A stretch of 64,000 nt of DNA from Bacteroidota bacterium. GTDB lineage: Bacteria > Bacteroidota > Bacteroidia > Bacteroidales > ML635J-15. The notes beneath the pieces are model-generated. The model was not told where the DNA came from. It saw nothing but the letters and a program-made list of their open reading frames with translations, and made no database searches. The stretch spans positions 4,230 through 68,229 of the forward strand of contig JAKQPY010000062.1 in assembly GCA_029564465.1 (NCBI GenBank), written 5' to 3'. Of the stretch, positions 22,323-31,587 are shown piece after piece (position 1 is the stretch's first letter; every line of letters starts with the position of its first letter). A program made the position numbers and the translations under genes.

Positions 22323-22679
22323 ATGGATAAAATCAAAGAATTTGGTGAATACCGAAAAAAAATGAACGACCGTTTATTATCAGCCGACAATAAGGTGATT
22401 AAACGAATTTATAGCCTCGATGCGATAACATACACCGACAGCGCACTTAATTCGGCAACAAAAGAAATGCTTGGACTGGCCACCTCTCTGGTATTACGCT
22501 GCGACGACTGCGTAAAATACCATTTGGAACAATGCCATCGACATGGGGTCACCACTGCCCAGATTCTCGACATTTTCGGTGTTTGTAATGTCGTGGGTGG
22601 CACGATAGTAATTCCTCATACCCGTCGGGCGATGGAGTATTGGGATTTAATTATTGCAGAAAAAGATTTGAATCAATAA
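22323..22679 (+). CDS. Carboxymuconolactone decarboxylase/AhpD-like protein
   Basis: KEMLGLATSLVLRCDDCVKYH CxxC motif. Confidence 0.88.
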   Translation: MDKIKEFGEYRKKMNDRLLSADNKVIKRIYSLDAITYTDSALNSATKEMLGLATSLVLRCDDCVKYHLEQCHRHGVTTAQILDIFGVCNVVGGTIVIPHTRRAMEYWDLIIAEKDLNQ

Positions 22680-22730
22680 ATTATTTACTTAATTTTGGTG
22701 TGAACATAATATTCACTAATAAATAATACC

Positions 22731-23258
22731 ATGAAACAAAAAATTACCTTTTTTGCATTAATCTCGATGCTCGTTCTGGTTTTTGCCTGCAACACAAAAC
22801 CCACAACCGATGAAGCTCTGGCTTATCATGACAAAATTATCCACGAACAGGGTGCTATTCAGGACAGTTTCAACGCTTTTGAAGAAACCCTGCTGACTTA
22901 CGTTCCTGAAGAAATGGAAGCTGCTTTGGCTGATGCGCTCGCACAAACTGAAAAATCCCTCAAAATTCTGAAAGAGTGCGAAGAGTTTGATAAAAAAACC
23001 GAATTGCGCGATGCAGCCATCGACTTTGCCGAAATGTACAAAGATCTGGCTGAAAACGAATACGTAGCACTGGTTGCCAATTACTCATTACCCGATAGTT
23101 TGTATTCGGAAGAAGTCGAAGAAAATTGCAATTTGCTTCTAACTTCAATCGACGAAAAATACACTAAAGTGTTCGATAAAATGGCTAAAGCTCAACAAGA
23201 TTTTGCCGATGCCTACGGATTTGAGATAAACAAAAAGACTGAAGACATCGAAGAATAG
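22731..23258 (+). CDS. Acidic helical lipoprotein of unknown function
   Basis: Lipobox VFAC, own TAATTTTG promoter at 22690, terminator downstream. Confidence 0.75.
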   Translation: MKQKITFFALISMLVLVFACNTKPTTDEALAYHDKIIHEQGAIQDSFNAFEETLLTYVPEEMEAALADALAQTEKSLKILKECEEFDKKTELRDAAIDFAEMYKDLAENEYVALVANYSLPDSLYSEEVEENCNLLLTSIDEKYTKVFDKMAKAQQDFADAYGFEINKKTEDIEE

Positions 23259-23265
23259 TTTTAGT

Positions 23266-23299
23266 AAAGCCCCGCTAATTGAGACGCGGGGCTTTTTTT
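23266..23299. terminator. Intrinsic terminator between convergent genes (likely bidirectional)
   Basis: AAAGCCCCGC-(10 nt)-GCGGGGCTTT followed by T-run. Confidence 0.85.
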
Positions 23300-24584
23300 A
23301 TGCCATCAAATCTTCTATTTCGTTAATTTCAACCGGAATATCAGCCATCAGGTCAATTGGATAATCATCCACCAAAATATCGTTTTCGATTCTGATACCC
23401 AGTTTCTCACCGGGCAGATACAAACCCGGCTCACAGGTAAGTACCATTCCCGGCAATAATTTGGTTTCCTTATCACCAACATCATGTACATCGAGTCCTA
23501 AAAAATGACTCACCCCATGCATAAAATATTTTTTGTAAGCTTTATTTTCAGCATCCTGATTTTTGATATCTTCCTGACTCAATAAACCAATCCGAAGCAT
23601 TTCCTCCTGCATAAGAATCCCGGCCATTTCGTTCAGGATATTAATTGTATTTCCTGGTTTATATTCAGGTTTCAGCTGGCGGAAAACCGATAACACGGCA
23701 TTGTACAGCAATGCCTGACGCGCCGAAAACCTGCCATTAACAGGGATTGTTCGTGAACAATCGGCTGCATAGTTGGCATATTCCGCACCAAAATCGAGCA
23801 AAACCAAATCACCGTTGATCATTAATGAGTCGTTGCGGTTGTAATGAAGTACACATGCATTTGAACCTGATGCCACAATAGGTAAATAGGCATGGTCAGA
23901 AGCTCCCGATGCAATAAATTTCTGGGTAATGACCGATTCTACTTCATACTCATATTTATCCGGTTTAACCGATTTTGTAAGTACAGAAAATGCATCTCGC
24001 GTAATTCGGCAGGCTTGCTTTATCAGCGAAATCTCTTCGTATTCCTTCACAAGCCGCAACTCCTTTAAAACCGGGTCAAGGTTTTGAAAATCAGCATAGT
24101 GGTATTGATTTTGAAAATCGTTTAGAACTTCGTTTGACTTCAGGTTATAACCCGGTGTTGTCCTTATATTGGCTTCGAACGAAATATAGAACCTGTTCGA
24201 AAAACAAAGCATGTCATCTATAAATGATTTCAGACTTTCGACAGGCTTTATCGAGGAAATTGCTGATATTTCGCTTAATTCGCTGTTGGTCGGGGTGTTC
24301 CCATACCATATTTTAGTTTTCTCATCGGGAATTATCGTAAAAAGAGTCTCCCTGCAGGTTTCATCGGGGTGTTGCGGACACATAACCAGCACACTTCCGG
24401 GTTCTTCGATACCGGTCAGGTAAAAAAAATCGGAATTTTGGCGATATCCGTAATACTGATCACCGGTGCGGTGTTGACGGGATGCCGAAAAAACAACGAT
24501 TACCGCAGACTGTCCAATTCGTTCACACAGTTTTTGGCGGTTTCGGCCAAACAAACCGGCAGGTATGTTTTTATATCGGCTCAT
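23298..24584 (-). CDS. pepP: Xaa-Pro aminopeptidase (M24B)
   Basis: YRQNSDFFYLTG, LDFGAE, DCSRT, HGVSHFLGLDVHD, TCEPG, GIRIEND. Confidence 0.92.
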   Translation of the reverse strand: MSRYKNIPAGLFGRNRQKLCERIGQSAVIVVFSASRQHRTGDQYYGYRQNSDFFYLTGIEEPGSVLVMCPQHPDETCRETLFTIIPDEKTKIWYGNTPTNSELSEISAISSIKPVESLKSFIDDMLCFSNRFYISFEANIRTTPGYNLKSNEVLNDFQNQYHYADFQNLDPVLKELRLVKEYEEISLIKQACRITRDAFSVLTKSVKPDKYEYEVESVITQKFIASGASDHAYLPIVASGSNACVLHYNRNDSLMINGDLVLLDFGAEYANYAADCSRTIPVNGRFSARQALLYNAVLSVFRQLKPEYKPGNTINILNEMAGILMQEEMLRIGLLSQEDIKNQDAENKAYKKYFMHGVSHFLGLDVHDVGDKETKLLPGMVLTCEPGLYLPGEKLGIRIENDILVDDYPIDLMADIPVEINEIEDLMA

Positions 24585-26427
24585 AGCTATAGTTGGGCTC
24601 TATCCAATCGCCATTTTCTTTAATTAAGCCGATTAAGGCTTCAATTGCTTTATTCTCGGGGACATTCTTCAACACGGCCTTCTGTCCGCAATAGAGATGC
24701 ACCATTCCCTTTTGGGCTCCTACATAGCCATAGTCGGCATCATTCATTTCGCCGGGACCGTTTACAACACATCCCATCACGGCTATTTTAATTCCTTTCA
24801 GATGAGAGAACCGAATTTTCACCTGCTTGACAATGGTTTCAATATCGTAGTTGGTTCTTCCACAGGCAGGGCAGGAAATAAACTCAGCCCTGGTATATCG
24901 CAGACCAAGCGATTGAAGCATTGAGAATACCGAGGAGTAATCGGGAGCTGCCTGCGGCAGGAATACCGGCCAGATTCCATTGACAATTCTGTCGACAAGA
25001 ACGCTTCCCGGATATAATGCAGATTCAATAATATTCTTATCACTCAATGAGGATGAAATAGTGTATTTCACAATTACCGGAACTTTAATTCCGAAATCTT
25101 TCAGTGCTTTATACAAATACCTTACCTCACCGGCTGGATATTGCGTAATGGTCTGAAGAACAATACAACATCTGTCGGTGTTTTTTAGTAAAAAAGCTTT
25201 AATTTTCTGCAAATCAGTGAGGCACATAACAATCATCAGCTTACCCGTTGCCAGGGCAACGGGACTAACCGCCTGTCCTGAAATGGCTGATGCTTCAATT
25301 ACATTATACACATCGGGAACCGACCCGGAATTCAGCTTCTGAATATAGGGTGTCTTACCATGATTTTCGTTGTTATAAGCCAACATATCGATTTCGGATT
25401 GTAAAAAGCCGGGGATATTCTTAAAATGTTGGTTTTCGGCTATTATCACACATTTACGGGCAAAAGGGTCAGACAACAGATTGGTGTTATTTCCGGAATA
25501 AGCTTCATAGGGTAACTGATGCAAAGGCAGTGTGTGTATTTTAGCCTTGCGGTTATTAAACTCGCTGGTTAATAAGCGGGCAAACGGAATTTCGTTTTCG
25601 GGGGCTTCGGTAAGCGACACCCTTATAGTATCGCCAATGCCATCGTTAAGTAAGGCTCCAATTCCCATTGCTGATTTAATCCGGCCATCTTCGCCTTCAC
25701 CGGCTTCGGTCACCCCCAGGTGCTGCGGGAAATTCCAGCCGCGTTCCAGCATACGCGCATTCAGGAGCCTGCACGCCCGAACGGTGGTGTTTACATCGCT
25801 TGCTTTCATCGAAATCACCAGTCTGTAAAAGCTCTCGGCCACAAACATCGAGATAAACTCAATGGCAGCTTCAACCATCCCCTCAACCGTGTTTCCATAA
25901 CGCTGAACAATACGATCGGACAACGAGCCATGGTTTGACCCAACCCGAATGGCTGTTCCATATTCTCGACAAATAGCAATCAAAGGGAGCAGCCTGCGAT
26001 GAATTAATTCCAACTCAGCCCGGTATTCAACCTCGGAATAATTAACTGCTGTATTCCTCTTCCGATCGACAAAATTACCCGGGTTAATACGAACTTTTTC
26101 GACAATTCTGGCAGCTGTTTCAGCCACCAAAGGGTTGAAATGTACATCGGCAATCAATGGTTTATTGTATCCTGCAAGTGCCAGTTGCTTTTTAATTTCG
26201 GAAAGGTTCTCGGCTTCAGCAATTCCGGGAGTCGTAATTCTCACAAAATCAGCACCGGCATCAAATATTTTAATTGCCTGAGCCACCGTAGCCATTGTAT
26301 CGAGCGTAGGGGTTGTTGTCATGCTCTGAAGCCGGATTGGATTACCGGCACCCAGAATTATATCACCAATTTTTACTTCCCTCGAAGGGAATCGCTCGTA
26401 ATTGGCCGGATCGATACAGTATTTCAT
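24571..26427 (-). CDS. ispG: (E)-4-hydroxy-3-methylbut-2-enyl-diphosphate synthase, long form
   Basis: QSMTT, ADVHF, RINPGN, HLGVTEAG, GDTIRVSLT, ISCPACGRT, MGCVVNGPGE; internal insertion domain. Confidence 0.95.
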   Translation of the reverse strand: MKYCIDPANYERFPSREVKIGDIILGAGNPIRLQSMTTTPTLDTMATVAQAIKIFDAGADFVRITTPGIAEAENLSEIKKQLALAGYNKPLIADVHFNPLVAETAARIVEKVRINPGNFVDRKRNTAVNYSEVEYRAELELIHRRLLPLIAICREYGTAIRVGSNHGSLSDRIVQRYGNTVEGMVEAAIEFISMFVAESFYRLVISMKASDVNTTVRACRLLNARMLERGWNFPQHLGVTEAGEGEDGRIKSAMGIGALLNDGIGDTIRVSLTEAPENEIPFARLLTSEFNNRKAKIHTLPLHQLPYEAYSGNNTNLLSDPFARKCVIIAENQHFKNIPGFLQSEIDMLAYNNENHGKTPYIQKLNSGSVPDVYNVIEASAISGQAVSPVALATGKLMIVMCLTDLQKIKAFLLKNTDRCCIVLQTITQYPAGEVRYLYKALKDFGIKVPVIVKYTISSSLSDKNIIESALYPGSVLVDRIVNGIWPVFLPQAAPDYSSVFSMLQSLGLRYTRAEFISCPACGRTNYDIETIVKQVKIRFSHLKGIKIAVMGCVVNGPGEMNDADYGYVGAQKGMVHLYCGQKAVLKNVPENKAIEALIGLIKENGDWIEPNYSYEPI

Positions 26428-26466
26428 TAATAGCTAGTCAGGTTGGCCGAGAACCATAGTTTCACA

Positions 26467-26895
26467 TCAGAGCATATACCGCATCTTCACACGTATGCCG
26501 GTTTCTCCTTTTTTAATAAACTTGCAGGCGCTGAATTTTGGAGGGCTTAATTGTACCCTTGCATCATTAGAAAAACCGAATCCTTCTTTCGGAATCCCCA
26601 TTGCATTGTAATTCATATCGCCGTTATTATTTTCGTCGTGCAAAAGGCAAAGGCCATAGTTACCATCGGGGACATCGCAAATTAGAAACCGGGCACTGCC
26701 TTCCTTAACTTCAGCAACGCCTTCCTTGAAAATATCCTTATAATTCGCGAATTCATTTTTTTCGTTGTACAGCGCATATCGGATAACTCCTTTATTGCTG
26801 CGCAAATTATGCACCATTACCAGAATACAGTCGCTCTGTGCCCATGCCATTGCCCAGATGGAAATAAAAAAAGAGAGAAACAGGAATTTTTTCAT
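26467..26895 (-). CDS. DUF2141 family exported protein
   Basis: Signal peptide MKKFLFL..AWA; LHDENNNG, GIPKEGFGFSN, PPKF motifs. Confidence 0.88.
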   Translation of the reverse strand: MKKFLFLSFFISIWAMAWAQSDCILVMVHNLRSNKGVIRYALYNEKNEFANYKDIFKEGVAEVKEGSARFLICDVPDGNYGLCLLHDENNNGDMNYNAMGIPKEGFGFSNDARVQLSPPKFSACKFIKKGETGIRVKMRYML

Positions 26896-26978
26896 AAGCA
26901 AGTTTTTAAAATAAAACAAAGATAAAAGTAGTAAAAAGAATAAATATAAATGCTAAATTCGCTGTTTTTATTGCGCGT

Positions 26979-28544
26979 ATGAAAAAAGAAAAGGTATTTA
27001 TTGCCGGTGCAGCCGGTTCTATGGGATTTCAGACATTTAAATCGGTCTGGAATAAATGTGATGAAAGTGGCAATCGTCGTTTCGACATCGTTTTATTGCT
27101 TTTCAATTCGAAAAAAAATCATAAACTATTTGCTCCCTACTTGTTCGAATGTGGTATTATTGGTAATGGTAAAAAAGTTGTTGACAAAAACGGATTGAAA
27201 ATAGTTTGGGGCGATGGGCGAAAGTACGAAGACCTTCGTGAAGCTATCTGTGGCGTAGATGTAGTATTGAATTGTCAGGCGGTAATCAGTCCCCGTGCCG
27301 ACAGAGAGCCTGAAAATGCAAAAAAGACCAATGTCAAAGCCATTGAATACATGATAAAGGCCATCAAAAACGAACCTGACGGTGCCGAAAGAATCAGGTT
27401 GGTCAATGTGGGGAGTATTGCCGAATACGGCGACCGAATGGGCAGAATCCATTGCGGTCGTGTTGGCGACCCGGTAATGGCAAGTCCTTTCGACATTTAT
27501 GCACTCACTAAGATTAAAGGCGAACGTCTTGTTCTCGAATCGGGAATAAAGCACTGGGCCCACCTCAGGCAAACTTTTATTATGATACCTGATGTATTTT
27601 CGCTTGAGGATCCGATTATGTTTCATCAGCCCATTGAATGTTTCATGGAAAACATCACCTCGCGCGATCCAGGTCGGGGTATGGCCAACATTCTCGAAAT
27701 ACCTTCCGACTCAGATTTCTGGCGCCGGGTATATAATATGGGCGGAGGACCAGCCTGCCGCATAAGTTTTCTTGATTTCCTCGATATGATGTTTGGCATG
27801 CTGGGGATGCGATACCATAAAATATTCGACCGGAACTGGTTTGCTTTGCGAAATTTCCACATGCAATACTATGCTGATTCGCACATTCTTAATGAATACA
27901 TACATCATTGGGGCGACAGTATCAGTGATTTTAAAAATTCTGTTCTTAAATCATTACCTTTTTATCTGAAATGGGTTGCTGCATTAAATAAAAACATCCC
28001 CTTTTTCAGAAATATGGTTGAGTCGGTTACCCGAAAGCGGATGCGAAAACTTGTAATGAGCACCAGTGGTACGCTGAATTGGGTAATGACGAACAATAGC
28101 CTCCGTATTGCAGCTTTCTATGGTTCACGCGAAGCCTTCGATGCCATTCCCGACTGGTCGGCACCCCTACCCGCCGGAGTTATGGGCAAACCCGAACCTG
28201 AATGCATTACATTAAATCATGGGTATGATGAATCAAAATCACATATCGACATCGAAGATTTAAAGCAGGCAGCAGCATGGCGCGGAGGAAAACTGATTTC
28301 AGAAAACTGGTCGGGCAATATGTATGAAAACCTCATTTGGGAATGTTCGTTCGGGCATCGTTTCGAAGCACATCCCTACACTGTGTTAAAGGCAGGACAT
28401 TGGTGCAGCGAATGCGAAGCCCCGCCATGGAATTATGATGAAATTGCCCGCCAGAATCCGTTTTTCGCTCAGGTATGGCACGAATCCCATAGCCCCGACG
28501 AAGACTTTTTCTACCCCGAATTGTGTTACGATGATATTTTATAA
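26979..28544 (+). CDS. Extended SDR (NAD-dependent epimerase/3-beta-HSD-like) with C-terminal zinc ribbon
   Basis: GAAGSMG Rossmann motif, WGD, GSIAEYG Ser, YALTK catalytic YxxxK; C-terminal CSFGH...GHWCSEC. Confidence 0.8.
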   Translation: MKKEKVFIAGAAGSMGFQTFKSVWNKCDESGNRRFDIVLLLFNSKKNHKLFAPYLFECGIIGNGKKVVDKNGLKIVWGDGRKYEDLREAICGVDVVLNCQAVISPRADREPENAKKTNVKAIEYMIKAIKNEPDGAERIRLVNVGSIAEYGDRMGRIHCGRVGDPVMASPFDIYALTKIKGERLVLESGIKHWAHLRQTFIMIPDVFSLEDPIMFHQPIECFMENITSRDPGRGMANILEIPSDSDFWRRVYNMGGGPACRISFLDFLDMMFGMLGMRYHKIFDRNWFALRNFHMQYYADSHILNEYIHHWGDSISDFKNSVLKSLPFYLKWVAALNKNIPFFRNMVESVTRKRMRKLVMSTSGTLNWVMTNNSLRIAAFYGSREAFDAIPDWSAPLPAGVMGKPEPECITLNHGYDESKSHIDIEDLKQAAAWRGGKLISENWSGNMYENLIWECSFGHRFEAHPYTVLKAGHWCSECEAPPWNYDEIARQNPFFAQVWHESHSPDEDFFYPELCYDDIL

Positions 28545-28546
28545 GT

Positions 28547-29320
28547 ATGCAGTTTAATGATTTCTACTATCAGATTTATCTGGTGACAATGACTCTGGTT
28601 GCCGTCATTGTTTTTGTTTCGCTATTGTTTGTTGAAGCCGGTTATGGAAAATTTGTATCCAAAAAATGGGGACATGGCATCAGTAATAAAACAGGATGGA
28701 TGCTTATGGAAATGCCTGTGTTTATTTCGATGGTTCTTCTATGGTGGTTTTCCGAAAAGACCTTCGAAACAGTGCCTTTGATTATTTTTATCATGTTTCA
28801 GATACACTATTTCCACCGCTCCTTTGTTTTCCCGTTCCGGTTGAAAGGGTCTAACATTATGCCGCTCACCATTGTATTGATGGGTTTCACATTTAATGTA
28901 CTGAACGCTTTTATGCAGGGAGGCTGGATTTTTTATCTGGCTCCGGCTGAAGTTTTTGAAATATCATGGCTGTATTCCTGGCAATTTATACTCGGCACCC
29001 TGGTATACTTCACCGGGATGATTATTAACATTTCGTCGGACAATATAATCAGGAAGCTACGAAAACCCGGCGACAACAAATATTACCTGCCCGAAGGCGG
29101 TATGTTCCGCTACGTGGTATCGGCCAACTATTTTGGGGAATTGCTCGAATGGATAGGATTTGCACTGCTATCGTGGTCATGGGCCGGAGTAGTTTTTGTG
29201 CTGTGGTCGTTTGCCAACCTTGCCCCCAGGGCCCGCTCTACGTACAAGAAGTATGAATTGCTTTTTGGAGAAGAATTCACAAAACGCAAATTGCGTTACA
29301 TCATTCCTTTCGTGTACTGA
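28547..29320 (+). CDS. 3-oxo-5-alpha-steroid 4-dehydrogenase (steroid 5-alpha-reductase family)
   Basis: AGYGK, WMLMEMP, HYFHRSF, INISSDNIIRKLRKPG, YYLPEGGMFRYVVSANYFGELLEWIG, NLAPRA motifs align with SRD5A1/2; multi-TM. Confidence 0.9.
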   Translation: MQFNDFYYQIYLVTMTLVAVIVFVSLLFVEAGYGKFVSKKWGHGISNKTGWMLMEMPVFISMVLLWWFSEKTFETVPLIIFIMFQIHYFHRSFVFPFRLKGSNIMPLTIVLMGFTFNVLNAFMQGGWIFYLAPAEVFEISWLYSWQFILGTLVYFTGMIINISSDNIIRKLRKPGDNKYYLPEGGMFRYVVSANYFGELLEWIGFALLSWSWAGVVFVLWSFANLAPRARSTYKKYELLFGEEFTKRKLRYIIPFVY

Positions 29321-29327
29321 TAATATG

Positions 29328-29335
29328 TACCTTTG
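29328..29335 (+). promoter_or_regulatory. gldA -7 promoter element
   Basis: TACCTTTG between 5-alpha-reductase stop and gldA start. Confidence 0.55.
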
Positions 29336-29355
29336 CCGGCAAATTGTAAGATACT

Positions 29356-30267
29356 ATGTCGATTGAAGTTAAAAACATTACCAAACTTTTTGGAAAACAA
29401 AAAGCACTCGATGGAGTAAGCTTTTCGATCAAATCGGGAGAAATAGCCGGCTTTTTAGGCCCTAATGGCGCCGGAAAGTCTACCATGATGAAAATTCTTA
29501 CCGGGTTTATTCCTCCCAGTTCCGGTGATGCCTACATTCACGGAGTACATGTGCTCGACGATTCGATTGCAATGAAGCGCCTGATTGGATATCTCCCCGA
29601 AAACAATCCCTTGTATCCCGATATGTATATCCGAGAATATCTTGAGTTTGTTGCAGGTATTTATCAGATAAAAAAAGACCGCAAAAAGAGAATTGCAGAG
29701 GTCATCGAGAAAACCGGTCTGTCACCCGAAATCAATAAAAAAATCGGTGCGCTTTCAAAAGGGTATAAACAACGTGTGGGTTTGGCTCAGGCAATCATCC
29801 ACGACCCACAGGTACTTATTCTGGATGAACCTACCTCCGGTTTAGACCCCAATCAGATTATCGAAATCAGAAACCTGATTGTTGAGCTCGGCAAACACAA
29901 AACAGTGATGCTTTCGACTCATATTTTGCAAGAAGTACAGGCTATTTGTCAAAAAATCATCATCATCAATAAAGGCAGCATAGTGGCTGATGACCAAACC
30001 GGTGCTCTTCAGGATCTTTCAGAGAATCATCATAAAGCCATTCATGTTGTTTTTGAAAAAGCAGTTCTTAAAAAATCCCTTACCGAGTTGGCCGGAGTGG
30101 CTAAAGTAGCTTCCATCAGCGAAACAGAGTTTGTACTTCAGCAAGGGACCAACCGTGATATCAGGCCCGAAATAATGAAATTTGCTGTAAAAAACAGCCT
30201 GAATATTTTGAGCATGACAGAGCAAAGCAAGAGCCTGGAACAGGTATTTCAGGATTTGACTAAATAG
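29356..30267 (+). CDS. gldA: Gliding motility-associated ABC transporter ATP-binding subunit
   Basis: GPNGAGKS, GYLPENNPLYPDMY, LSKGYKQRVGLAQA, STHILQEV. Confidence 0.8.
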   Translation: MSIEVKNITKLFGKQKALDGVSFSIKSGEIAGFLGPNGAGKSTMMKILTGFIPPSSGDAYIHGVHVLDDSIAMKRLIGYLPENNPLYPDMYIREYLEFVAGIYQIKKDRKKRIAEVIEKTGLSPEINKKIGALSKGYKQRVGLAQAIIHDPQVLILDEPTSGLDPNQIIEIRNLIVELGKHKTVMLSTHILQEVQAICQKIIIINKGSIVADDQTGALQDLSENHHKAIHVVFEKAVLKKSLTELAGVAKVASISETEFVLQQGTNRDIRPEIMKFAVKNSLNILSMTEQSKSLEQVFQDLTK

Positions 30268-30269
30268 AA

Positions 30270-30746
30270 TTATGCCTTGATTTTCTGGGCAAATTCTTTA
30301 ATTGCGGCTTCGTTTATATCAGAAACCGATTTGTCGAGTCCGGAAATTTTCTTTATGATGGCCTTTTCGAGGAAATTCATCCTATCGAAAATAAACTCTC
30401 CTCCAAACATACCCAATGCCGTAGCCTTCGCCCGCAGGGTTTCGGGATATGCTGCCTCCAGTTGCTGGGTTTGTTTCTCGCTGCGTTCCATGCAGCAGAT
30501 AAAATAACCTGTCCGCTTCTGCAACAGAATATCGTGGTTGCTCAGGCAGAATTTTTTCACCCGGCCCTGAATACTTCCTGCATGAATAGACCCACCCACA
30601 ATCACGGTATCATACAATGCCAGATCGGGCTTTTTATTTTCTCTGAGATTTACAACTTCGACGCCACTACCCAATTCCTGCTGCAGCATTTTTGCTGCTT
30701 TTTCGGTAGTACCGTGATGACTAACATAAACAATAATTGTGTTCAT
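30270..30746 (-). CDS. Flavodoxin-domain protein (HemG-like)
   Basis: VYVSHHGTTEK, GGSIHAG, FGGEF. Confidence 0.85.
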   Translation of the reverse strand: MNTIIVYVSHHGTTEKAAKMLQQELGSGVEVVNLRENKKPDLALYDTVIVGGSIHAGSIQGRVKKFCLSNHDILLQKRTGYFICCMERSEKQTQQLEAAYPETLRAKATALGMFGGEFIFDRMNFLEKAIIKKISGLDKSVSDINEAAIKEFAQKIKA

Positions 30747-30769
30747 AAAGGAAACTATTAGTGGTAAAT

Positions 30770-31561
30770 TTATTTAAAACCCCGTTGTCGCATGGCTTCA
30801 AAAACAAGTATTGCCGTTGATACCGAAACGTTCAGGGAGTCGATTTTGCCGCGCATCGGAATTTTTATCTGTTCATCGCAGTTATTCAACCAAAACTCTG
30901 TGAGTCCCCAGGCTTCAGTACCCATAACAATTGCACAATTTCCGCAATAATCAATCTGATGATAAAAGTGTTCTGCACTCAGAGCAGCAGCATAAACGGT
31001 AAAACCATGTGATTTCAAAAATTTGTAAACTTCATCGGATGCAGCTACTGCAAGCTTATTGGTAAATAATGTTCCCACACTGGATCGAACCACATTCGGA
31101 TTAAACACATCGGTACGAACATCGGCAATAATAATAGCATCAACCGATGCCGCATCAGCCGTGCGAAGAATTGCCCCCAGATTCCCCGGTTTTTCGATGG
31201 CTTCGAGTACCAACACCAATGAATTATTGTTGAGTCGCAGATCGGAAAGACTCAGGTTGCGCATACGGGCAACACCCACAATACCATCGGACGATTCCCT
31301 GTAAGCAAGTTTTGCAAACACATGGTTATCTACCTCAAGCACCTCAACAGAATCAGCCAGCAATTTCTCAACAAATTCAAGAACATCTGCCGAAGCCAAT
31401 TGTTTGCAAAAAAACACTGACACAAAACTGTAACCCGCTCTGAGAGCAAGGTTCATCTCGCGAAAACCCTCTACAACGAAACACTGCAGTTCACGACGTG
31501 TCCCCGATTTTTCGAGCTGCTGGAGCCATTTAATTCGCTGATTCTGGGTACTGGTAATCAC
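30770..31561 (-). CDS. TrmH/SpoU family RNA methyltransferase
   Basis: EKPGNLGAILRTA, MGTEAWG, IPMRGKIDSLNVS; GTG start. Confidence 0.93.
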   Translation of the reverse strand: MITSTQNQRIKWLQQLEKSGTRRELQCFVVEGFREMNLALRAGYSFVSVFFCKQLASADVLEFVEKLLADSVEVLEVDNHVFAKLAYRESSDGIVGVARMRNLSLSDLRLNNNSLVLVLEAIEKPGNLGAILRTADAASVDAIIIADVRTDVFNPNVVRSSVGTLFTNKLAVAASDEVYKFLKSHGFTVYAAALSAEHFYHQIDYCGNCAIVMGTEAWGLTEFWLNNCDEQIKIPMRGKIDSLNVSVSTAILVFEAMRQRGFK

Positions 31562-31587
31562 GTTAGTTTCTGATTAAATTACTACAA

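Noticed and set aside
24571-26427. Unusually long IspG (618 aa)
   Set aside because: Three-domain IspG is known in Bacteroidota, Chlamydiae and plants
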